Positions 61,201 to 64,000 of a stretch of 64,000 bases of DNA are shown one piece after another. Numbering within the stretch: position 1 is the stretch's first letter; every line of letters starts with the position of its first letter. The notes beneath the pieces were generated by a model, which was not told the origin of the DNA, ran no database searches, and was given only the letters and a program-made list of their open reading frames with translations. The stretch spans positions 137,045 through 201,044 of the forward strand of contig JADJCU010000003.1 in NCBI GenBank assembly GCA_016703065.1, read 5' to 3'. The DNA comes from a bacterium (GTDB lineage: Bacteria; Electryoneota; RPQS01). The position numbers and the translations under genes were made by a program.

Positions 61201-62346
61201 ACTATACGTCATGTCGAGCGGATCACCGTCGCAGTTCGTCGGGAACTTGCCCTGCGCCTCTTCGGTCGTACTCATCCAGATACGCAGGAAGTCGCCACAA
61301 CCGGCGATCGTATCATTGTCCAAATAGTTCATCTGGACGATCTCACACGAGTCGACACAGAGAATATCAAGTTCCGGCGGCAGGTTGTCGACCGGGCGCT
61401 TACAGTACACGGTATCGACCGCGACCGCGTCATCCGGCCAGACTTCACCGCCTGCGGCATCCCACGTGAAGTAGACAAGGAAAATCGTATCCGCGCGGCA
61501 ACCGCCGAATTCGTTCTCCATGGTACCCGGGGCCACCGTAATCGTGTCGGCCGAACCCTTCCAGTTCACGGAACCGGTACCGTCCAGCGCGCCGGCATCC
61601 CAAACCAGGGTATCGCCGCCGGCGAGTTCGTCAATCGTCAGAGCGATATCGGCATCAAGGTAGACGCGGTCGCCAATGGCCACCAGGTTGTCGCCCATGA
61701 ATCCACCCACTTCGCGGAAGCCGATATAGGCACAACCTGACTGGAGTTCACAGGTGGTGATCCAGTTGTACGGGTTGTCCGCACAGACGGTCGTTCCGTT
61801 GGGCAGCGGGGCGTTGTCCCAGCCAAGCCACGTGATACCGAAGAACAGCTCCGTACCCACGGGGTAATCTGTACCTTCCGGATGGAAATCCAGCGTCGCG
61901 ACAACCAAACAGCTGTCGAACGACGTGCCCCATTGCCCACTTGGAATCGGCACCCCGGCCAATCCCATGTGGTCCGTGACAACCCAGTCCATCCGGTAGA
62001 TGAACGGTCCAGGGCCCGACGGGCAGATCAGCGAGACCTGCGGGGCGCTGCCGAGGATGGAACCGAGGTCGGGGAGCCCGCTGTTAGTCGGGTCGGTCGG
62101 GTCTAAGCCAACCGCTACCGAATCACAATAGCGCGCAGAAAACGCTGCGCGTACCGTGACAATAAGCCCGTCGCCGAGTTCGTCGATGATACCGTTGATC
62201 GGCACGGGGCCGAGGGTATCTTCATAGCAAATGATGGTTGCCGGCTCGGTCGCATTGATCTGCGCCTGCGCCGTTTGCGGCAGCAGCGTCACAATCAGCG
62301 CCGTAAGCGCGGTGGCCAGCCACACAAAAAGAGTCTTGGACCTCAT
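43243..62346 (-). CDS. giant secreted modular protein, N-terminal segment (about 6,370 aa) with signal peptide and two P-domains
   Basis: ATG 62346 is preceded by AGGAGA (8-nt spacer) and encodes MRSKTLFVWLATALTALIVTLLPQTAQAQ. The ORF is uninterrupted down to 43243. Sequence is acidic and Trp/Tyr/Cys-rich throughout. The ORF track extends upstream to 62565, which I judge to be non-coding leader. Confidence 0.85.
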   Translation of the reverse strand: MRSKTLFVWLATALTALIVTLLPQTAQAQINATEPATIICYEDTLGPVPINGIIDELGDGLIVTVRAAFSARYCDSVAVGLDPTDPTNSGLPDLGSILGSAPQVSLICPSGPGPFIYRMDWVVTDHMGLAGVPIPSGQWGTSFDSCLVVATLDFHPEGTDYPVGTELFFGITWLGWDNAPLPNGTTVCADNPYNWITTCELQSGCAYIGFREVGGFMGDNLVAIGDRVYLDADIALTIDELAGGDTLVWDAGALDGTGSVNWKGSADTITVAPGTMENEFGGCRADTIFLVYFTWDAAGGEVWPDDAVAVDTVYCKRPVDNLPPELDILCVDSCEIVQMNYLDNDTIAGCGDFLRIWMSTTEEAQGKFPTNCDGDPLDMTYSYEPDRVDCDQTVPNFDAQWMAVDLSELVPSGYLFPMNEDSVDLLSLDEVWVSGRFGSLPDPGEDNDLMYIDIPIDSMHWDSIELCLFDEIGGPGDPPNIFVYSIDDAGNPSNAVEWGYEDIANDVEGCDVCLDNIAPELPGNETYWALDTDDPNYCNQRFSPYDSALATVETNISPDSVRWYLDNVEEDYDPSVTLDVLTKVYLIGFDVRVIPDDDDETPTGSPITLLDYYHPTGEPSADSVHWEWRVPDLGIPGSACFTWYGKDGETDSSADFGYLADYCQWGMHVGITEARYMDAGGCNAVLGSDHDHTTNILEGYTQLNNLYVVVDSCFPQTIVDFDLDTLNGPVLPIGPDYPAASVTDPYLWVNGDDDPVFQFRARRFFTQGLIDTCLEENLCYTVRIDSIYTQGLWPFAADSFYIDESNGTSGGSHDRDCYPVDFSFNSTDSRDTISVEWDRSGPGGDPVPDGLYCLRLELQDNAGNVYLEEQVCIWVNGLGPAIDSVNVVNELNACNMNFFAGESLCVYMRTDTSAVKAMFDFSCIRNIETVSPDYDTVWANDPILVSLAPPFKIWRGCIEVQLEMVDTLDVSENDYQIDDYEADCINSGDYGIIRAIAYDSDDNTSEADNTTLTCNNIALLGESRCPRIVGPMEFYFLDPDTLDFVAGSENGPFADFNLFGEMPLWNAFSPGSVDSGGAYDAITNPAHDDVHDSIWVRLLLDTLSITAVDNFDPADATQDWTDDVYHDTLVIEFMNPTIQPGESDHRRRLVRKPLFKTTCDDLGSSASCQDPPDNSVYDGRLENIDDPDYLLDALMEFRYMWNGTWFINPGTDSIMLVPITDQDTVIVKVWTIDGDSALDEDETIFLVCDTTYGSIDVDNNNPNFLEWTLIAPGARDPETHSTATVNNNGWNGDCGYRYAEGDTFSITLRVDEQVHFDEDAYPNSDGSGYGPNGIGDWVETGNWQISLVDSTEGLLMEGAAPGTYVTINLLEVTPDSLPNNEWAYTLVGTITNLPVDTFIYNSCFVVRGAWDQGGNPGRYNEPAFTDAFEFDSFEDTTFCVNLIPCDPWAAGCPNVFGPDSLMGWIAPEDTNITVCATIIETCEINDCVPGEHADSIRVAEGNFQMITDDPNPWLVPDYVDPEWFIFTDMFGNELGWARKYYWYLRADSSDLATIWCDGDTLDFQIRFVTWGGVEAEKNFDECVQVDVNEPIWTDWMLYDSLGVNVDAMEGDFVCVDPEQEMTLVGVVTDWGIDCEDGRGIGVDTTQIWADLSVILQDALMDSVEPDSVVIPNLTSVEVYVGDPVAITDFATSIAEINEPNGGVALDVNVTINDIEHTYDGDLDIYLISPSGTYVELSTNNGSADPDYINTVFDDEAATDITAGSAPFTGSFRPEGNLSDFDGEPINGDWTLLVYDDAGLDEGFINDWTLEILYAPGPITAYAYWTFMPDDQFFCINTIEPEFRFHAAHDLIGHHDRELYLQDTLDFCSDCVPPTIDFSAAYCECDSALFDYFSGNVFLDDHELPYLGPGSLVSFKLLVVDPDHDSSLGLVESQWADLSAFDPSLGWTESFDDIPMMTDGINDSVCYFWGFGECDIDDAFVAQDIPLLVEYNNGDTIFVDIALMDWAGNVDTIAWPIAIYDSLPPIVDFIYTIGDDSIRAYVTPGDSNVHVYADINGYVNDLVSAPENVWADFSRFWCDPVMQDAYDSIPAHEVVHLGGDNYRAYWGWTPSGVYADPNDTLSQSTDTLRIDFDYACHLIGAEGTYDSLWIYVTDAGCNMGSHYNIFEFSGADTTVPDIDSVWVMGVDSCAPGWFNGSGDAAIEVWVWMDSLFNGFEDTLRIDSVLADLTQFGPAYAWTAWTPAPTMFGGAPVYGTEPNMADPVPAYWDTLRDCDGDLRLVAKWIVSDPQTMDCGQIVTVPVKSHRQTGLGGSHGYYMDVEYGSGEAFTATYLSSVAWGDFAIETELPGYGDEGGVDSVLVLQNASYNMDWDSVLTVAVLLDNNCITIPGDTVYDWSGVWIDFTGFLDDPKQYADVIYYNYNDQNIDSLVFIIPLYDDMGAGDLFNEFILSDRYWFGLHLSDTSCGMPEEFCNAADLDSVISFTIQNWNEPNPGMILLCDSTTVAGSDSDFVDQFNMNLWNNEKVSPDSSGSAFVTSPLENLYKVWRNDDGAYWVWYSHEDQNLTRFFVFIEDTVLQSDDIDNDEDGATDEIGEGVDFYTSDLRINDDFPQVGSVDSMNVGGMWVNYLWFADNFSEGRYNVKAFASDIYGHRDSLACEGEYALTFFEDETCPHGNALYFTYGEGDTIVEQCWNGVFVNHSYVDQYTADDSVKIGSNFDSLALWLNDPLILDDGMPGSGVDNDTTTVDSANFNNGLASEIRLYDPLGVLVPFVQVYEPSTGYATNAAPVMLVDPTGVALESHPDGLYHIQVVARDNMENECTYDWYFTLDRTCPSIDEFYVAHPGTIVPQTDLLTSWDYVELRAIIDDELDGVAGVAFDYAFDANRDDIVDAYSYWQTANIWVAGGSAEDGDPEWPFATYWNIRNLTWNSEDTLGLPPVDPENCTNTWFVRVHTWDKFGNYCVDTITVSITDDIAPLAYISSVNGDTTAQGALLPCFEPNVDTDSTIELRAFDFQGEVYDPLPGDTTFAVFSYNDPEADVQIPYSSTVEAEINVTDNFTVQDVNIVIEDLAIDYPFTLRIELESPAATVVTLFDHNYGWYAPGLVGTIFDDEAARPVEAGWSPFDGGYRPMDVLSAFDGENSVGTWTLRIYEEYGYSEGELNSWGLVLTDRFIGGLATYQWFDLAKGMFQYKAFDAPFGEYEPGNTNPDSGWVTIMTPGQDSVTYRQPDTEDFVTQWNIAGIQSGQYNLRFLTADVCDNSDWINTPVVTVRIECDTTAPMALICYPTEDMCVTNLRCDTTVWVPVQSTAPIMSDVDSIAYFFIDSLSVPGLAIHQFIGGTTSPDSVVDGWAFYHSTAWNTDNLLSGWYSLYAVAYDDAGLFDNDPIISRVFVDNTMPAVTECWIGDYNGDLFEPIGTVGEGEYFYLRANAADNIGLDRDCGIYGVQFQFQDRYGNWQDLQDVADWNEAWGADVYVYPYTGLVTYPDANGYYELSIYFNDFGNSPLDSVRFRAYAIDNVSEEGFGDNNMQGDYNRDCNLDRDLECGTEICCMAIEIRDAIPSGTNLWCFNHAWFQWGLPQYSAPTMPIYDGDKYSTCNYQTPIDTLLLVANVHEQVEDEWLMYFKYYRADGTTDTFDVPNDYSMNPTIPRFQTVNGDSAIALESTWDSVYVVWPGARAWLDSADAADGLVFSRWDFVAYVEDLTGNQEYWYNQNSCYIYTFCPPNTPITHATYVTNDPNDPDGRIRVELEEVPWQTEETDTIEVIYNRTTDQGSNDPEALVQFYVDEDAIRNCHGDSVNVFNVELWQLDDEGALQSLCDEGQLVDFDYFDDFMAWDQYPPDGSDGLYELGLYFDNTYPPGNYNFAVVVNWVTPYTPWQYDTLNEGDSDCDRIIEESDSTRIDLVVRIVNVNEPQVVYCYPPYGDVCGAHNTVPLSANDVSDPSYFSGEITQVAFERWNGTAWVPVIDPVTGVNYDTNPNNANVRFEFDERELPGMAGWYYERQSNSEYSWYADRDLFPDVAVYVWENDQFYPMSESSDGFWTTNVSLSTGDPESCYDYSFVIDANDNGLWEGPEIDRWVDDPRNIDWDEQDPIAYDRCDSDQINSVFGGEAAYSTICMCEYVINFDSRAVGDGHHEFRTVVTWYDGTAYHVIENPAPGDSLHVFFVDNEEPVATHDIVAEDFWLNGGRCTDADETEFVTDIQPIDGNYNLVVEDICAVIYQVSMTSNPYADSSWRNVDTVFSNDDMGWTDAWSSFWIAYDPTADNIDNDGDGLVDETYDVMAGDQIGEENTLFLSRSVVTDHCGNTYVTAAESIWVDVSEPRACITLVGDVEPGVDGNDVVVVPDSRDLAIVATNQEYATFDQSILGVFQYRTLNPIGEWTNIQADTLSDDTVRHEGNTITATWDLLAYMEETNNDPEGWYQLRVIAIDTVWNDDLCDNDVCYITIRLNDIQPAARIEILDVTSSLEEVASSCTVDSSLYIHDGDPYCVRVVFAPTNIDTGLASITVQYAEVNGDNVSGWRNVNTIWDPINNGLNGDTTECFMFYPQPEDVGDQEAFWIRAIVEDYNGNDTSDAVILYVDAIPPTGTGVAAGTLPVETACGDRCRFDIEPGSAVVTMTFDPDMLSGEFNENNVWLTAVREDGNYYYEFGDMTRLDDDEWTFDFDGDLCQYWMENRYAYIGEGEGDGQQQIVALDYGCYTFTVHFSDCQGNVDSVIVTTDCNEESTSLVCIDCFPTLPEHTDIQSLTYTGYDCTEGESNTITDEILDGTTEIGGDQSVQICGVLPVYEQDVWYMVLYVESEEAGVTATAVDTTWWDPTFDSHNNPNWCIYWHLADTTDEGVALYPSGRYRVWARAHDAICQIEPLEMLDEFWVDVDHGAPVADVIEVNGEPVAPGDDVWFEINSGDEQPANLWVAWTDGLTPDDSTQTNNIVQVWCKNIWHLNQADAWTQCGYIPSSCNPHYVELWLDGITCGDSLHIVPIVQDRWGNGDLDVERVMEAFDEGHVINVHIFDTTPPASMLWSVGLTEQPWCDDDRDQGVEGLWIIDQQTHTVSVGALGDAHDIWLQAFSMIGDNWPTNPGDIQRMYFEYSTDGGNTWFEIGVDETDEVPCPWDGSEPNPWWDGMDHDIFWSVVWDVSGLAGDVQVRTWAEDECGNLEETETYTVSFDVIAPMAKVFVWDNDTHIDQLETCANWTEEQIPDSLERYSVVTLGACADEVAADAYGAMWFIKRADDHPLEMWSWCNLGDDSTAPFSQDNTYLWSNDCPAPQPGVWYDIAVLTTDQSGNELTWTQFLNYGEGTTWEEKWQSLITQGYVKRFQAVDHNAPMADNLVTTTDCTPDSSVIFLSGNVVLTANVSYQDVVAVTFAFIEQGSAGPWTVIERVEGDAGSFGPVEGTWNTELLNGTYYIGAFAEDDFGNMDGSLAGGVEGAPEHATLMVNVDNEAPVATITSVFLTEDPTQTPVVELERGAEHTFLANASDNFGLRYVEFYYRHTGDPGDWTSFGADDNFPYSVNWVVPTNLVVGWTYEFAVIGWDYCNQTEIVFSWSGTVVDEEANISIYAINDFYDVEGTPHVHGTNLCIYAESEPYLDYVRFIYVTAEGDTHEITTVQGNVGQTDWSSCPGYWDVTTLPEGPGQICAIGSADLGGDLVTRATDCRNIIIDHSLPYDLTENGPASHGLIGGYCALEQSPIATWNEPDDIWVHFNNQQTDAGLDTVWFEWKWAESPDDEGFWYPGGYAYQDNGVSGNWVYSWDVYTYFTSEWDACGTISLRAALSDNAIPESNIAYVLFADTVRVDNCPPDVMFTNVNGDMTPSETVIPWGDVINMVATAEDVFGQGGNSNIAQVCFYGEEDTSPDLISCDSQGPLWSAQLATTALTPNSWYTLVVVAWDEAGNCSEHTIQVYIEDSQYQRACIVGYDDDNEFGCDDYPYAVTDDCDPNWTSQVQFQVSTNQGQTWIPLQDAINTRVDQCNEWLAWHLWQVTLEFNEYPANAWFRAVAWDETGNIDPNPPVWRRTDVTVTEEVQIYAPDWVRVPSNGEEQPWVLATLEDYTENCLINAGVVCIEPEAGSSYYGGELPSNTLPCQLEDEDGRVTIFTSNKVTQGDNTFIEIVTYAMDIHEANYQGGSNGTLVSEDGVLEVTVPAWGTGWRGSMWFQPYLPEQSHSLVPAYQYYYTLISTVEEIQSDDLEELDIVQPASSFRMHFDNSLLPENAEEWQVVVAYWNWDASDASGQYEGMWQEWGITYNDRDLENGTVDFQWTPDWDISDLTSVCPDRARFGVFITTIRPIDEFVRVDNGDDCSVYYEDLPNYNGMPVVDCTPQWWVVLGEGEYPPTPDRVDVWLDGIRIVNDGVPVEMEDYDGYEDCYYDELRCPL

Positions 62347-62700
62347 TCTGTGGTTCTCCTGAATATGGGAAATCTTCAAAGTCCGGTGGGAATCAGATGC
62401 GGCGGAAGCACACGCCGAAAGCGCGTCAGGTGAGATAATCACCGTGTGCGCATTGTGGATAACTTGCGTAGTCATGAACTGCTTGTTCAAGTCTGAAATA
62501 AGGCTAGAATCTGGCATGTACGCGTCCGCTTTGTTAATCAATCCAGCTTGAGGAAAAAAACACAAGCCCCCTGAACCACAGCATATTCTGCATGCTGCGA
62601 GTGATCTCAGGTTGCTTGGGGGGTTTGCTGGAAATCAAGTACTTAGTAACTGGGCTGTGACCTAAGTTCAAAAAAGTTCTATACTGGTCAAAGTTCCCCA

Positions 62701-62729
62701 AATATAGTCAATCGAAACCAACTTGTCAA
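62701..62729 (-). promoter_or_regulatory. sigma70-like promoter candidate of the giant-gene operon
   Basis: The minus strand reads TTGACA - 17 nt (AGTTGGTTTCGATTGAC) - TATATT, about 355 nt upstream of ATG 62346, in an AT-richer intergenic region. Confidence 0.45.
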
Positions 62730-62916
62730 GGAAAATGTTTGGCCTATTCTTAACAATCACAAACTCCGGCGAAACGAAAGTCTTTGTTCCTCAGGAGCTT
62801 CGCAATCGCGTCAGACCCGCTGGGGCTAACAAACTGCTATCTGAATGTTTCTTATGGAGCTTATGGCATGTGATTTAGCGTGCCTATGGCCAATCAGTTG
62901 GCAAAATGCACGCCAT

Positions 62917-63798
62917 TCAACATGACAAGGCAGTCGATGTCAAGATCAGGGTCCGTACTATCTTAGAGGAAACAATTGAAGAAACATGACTTAGATCGTA
63001 ATCCGGAGACAGCTCTACGACATCCCAACCGATCCAATTGCAATCTGCAAGTGCACGAATCCAGCTTTGCAGGGTGACAAAACTGACCCCCCCGGGTTCA
63101 GGCGTGCCGGTTCCCGGAAGTATTGATGAATCAAGCACATCAAGGTCCAATGTGACATATAATGGGCGGTCACCAACCCACTCCCGCAACTGCTGTGGAG
63201 CCAGGTCCGCCGAGCGATAAGTTCCAAATTTTTTAGCAGTTTCGAACTCCTCCCGGGTTCCAGACCTCGGGCCAATCTGCAAAATTCGTGACGGATCCAC
63301 AAATTCGCTGATTCGGCGCATTACCGTGGCATGGCTTAGCGGCGTTCCCAGGTAGTCATCGCGCAAATCCAGATGTGCATCAAACTGTACTAATACAAGA
63401 CTTGGGTGTCTATTGAACGCAGCTTTCACCAGCGGAAGCGATACCAGGTGTTCCCCACCTAAACCTGCAGGAATTATACCCTTGCTATAGAGTTCGCCAG
63501 CGGCTTGCTCAATGAGCCGGAGCGTCTCGGCCTTATCGCCGGGGGGCAAAATGAGGTCCCCAACATCCGCAAACTGCACATCGTCGAGGTCTGCATTACA
63601 CACTGGACAGAAAGTTTCGATCCCGTCAGAGACGTTTCGAATCGCCGCCGGACCGAACCGTGTGCCCGGCCGAAATGAACAAGTGCCGTCATATGGAAGG
63701 CCAAAGAGCGCGAGCTTCGCTCCCTCAAGAGAGGTCTGCGCACCCATGTAAACCTGGGTTCGCGTTAGAGGCGTACTTAGCGTCGACGAGGCATCCAT
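62917..63798 (-). CDS. speB: agmatinase (arginase/ureohydrolase family)
   Basis: FGLPYDGTCSFRPGTRFGP, GGEHLVS, FDAHLDLRDDY and LDLDVLDSSILPGTGTPEPGG. The start is set at ATG 63798, just after the speE stop; ORF-track start 63867 would overlap speE by 56 nt. Confidence 0.85.
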   Translation of the reverse strand: MDASSTLSTPLTRTQVYMGAQTSLEGAKLALFGLPYDGTCSFRPGTRFGPAAIRNVSDGIETFCPVCNADLDDVQFADVGDLILPPGDKAETLRLIEQAAGELYSKGIIPAGLGGEHLVSLPLVKAAFNRHPSLVLVQFDAHLDLRDDYLGTPLSHATVMRRISEFVDPSRILQIGPRSGTREEFETAKKFGTYRSADLAPQQLREWVGDRPLYVTLDLDVLDSSILPGTGTPEPGGVSFVTLQSWIRALADCNWIGWDVVELSPDYDLSHVSSIVSSKIVRTLILTSTALSC

Positions 63799-63811
63799 CA
63801 CGTCGGGACTC

Positions 63812-64000
63812 TCAAACCAGGCCGAGCTCGCGCGCAAGGAACGCCGGCGCGGCAAAGGCCGCGTCATGCACTGCCGGAGTATAGTATTTCGCGGTCGACG
63901 TGATCTGCTGCTGCCGCTCTAGTCTAACGGCCTCAAGCGGATGCACTTTGTCCGATGCAAAGAAGAAACTCCACCAGCCGTACGGATACGTTGGAATCAC
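63812..64000 (-). CDS. speE: spermidine synthase, C-terminal end (gene continues beyond the window)
   Basis: IPTYPYGWWSFFFASDK...KYYTPAVHDAAFAAPAFLAREL matches the SpeE C-terminus pattern (PTYPSG.WSF..ASK...YYN..IH.AAF). Confidence 0.8.
   Translation of the reverse strand: MIPTYPYGWWSFFFASDKVHPLEAVRLERQQQITSTAKYYTPAVHDAAFAAPAFLARELGLV

Noticed and set aside
62347-62565. Upstream extension of the giant ORF (73 extra codons, MCFFPQAGLINKAD...).
   Set aside because: It has no RBS, an AT-rich non-protein-like composition, and would bury the signal peptide internally. ATG 62346 has an AGGAGA RBS and an immediately following canonical signal peptide. The extension is kept only as an alternative in the leader finding.
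62879-62915. Nested inverted repeats (GCGTGC...GCCAA-TCAG-TTGGC...GCACGC) right after the speB stop as a terminator.
   Set aside because: The stems are short (5-6 bp) and interrupted, and no T-tract follows. It may contribute to termination before the giant-gene promoter, but it is too weak to call.
1-64000. Search for CRISPR arrays, tandem DNA repeats, IS elements, integrases and rRNA/tRNA genes.
   Set aside because: By eye I found no direct-repeat/spacer periodicity, no transposase or integrase motifs in any ORF, and no cloverleaf-compatible sequence. tRNAscan, Infernal and a repeat finder should confirm this.

Overview
GC-rich bacterial chromosomal window, almost entirely coding. I recognised no rRNA, tRNA, CRISPR array, transposase or integrase. 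Two proteins carry T9SS/Por-type C-terminal sorting domains, so an uncultivated FCB-type lineage is a reasonable inference, but only an inference. Layout: (1) 0.1-3.8 kb holds an OM beta-barrel gene coupled to a secreted M4/M36-like zinc metalloprotease with a T9SS-type tail. (2) 3.9-16.3 kb is mostly housekeeping: mutM-folC, an XRE regulator with a small convergent gene, a beta-helix protein, asnA, a Cys-rich PPC-like protein, MoxR-DUF58, rlmN and meaB. (3) 16.4-33.4 kb is one tightly packed, co-directional surface-polysaccharide operon of about 17 genes. It contains manC, ugd, the GDP-heptose genes gmhA/hddA/hddC, SDR epimerases, a priming sugar-phosphate transferase, a DegT aminotransferase, a UbiA/DPPR-synthase-like prenyltransferase and a TviB-like dehydrogenase. 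(4) 33.7-37.8 kb holds a solitary DNA methyltransferase fused to an Mrr-type nuclease domain, an FG-GAP protein and a small lower-GC two-gene islet. (5) The stand-out is 37.9-62.7 kb. A sigma70-like promoter and a roughly 350-nt leader precede a gene of about 23 kb. It is read as two ORFs (6440 aa and 1345 aa) separated by a single 1-nt frame break, giving about 7,600 aa if joined. The product is an acidic, modular, signal-peptide- and T9SS-tail-bearing protein with two embedded proprotein-convertase P-domains. It is followed in the same operon by a PorV/PorQ-like barrel fused to an OmpA peptidoglycan-binding domain. (6) 62.9-64.0 kb holds speE-speB. Across the window at least eight conserved reading frames are interrupted by single-base frame breaks or, in one case, an in-frame TAA. 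Sequence-consensus quality must therefore be checked before any pseudogene or recoding interpretation.
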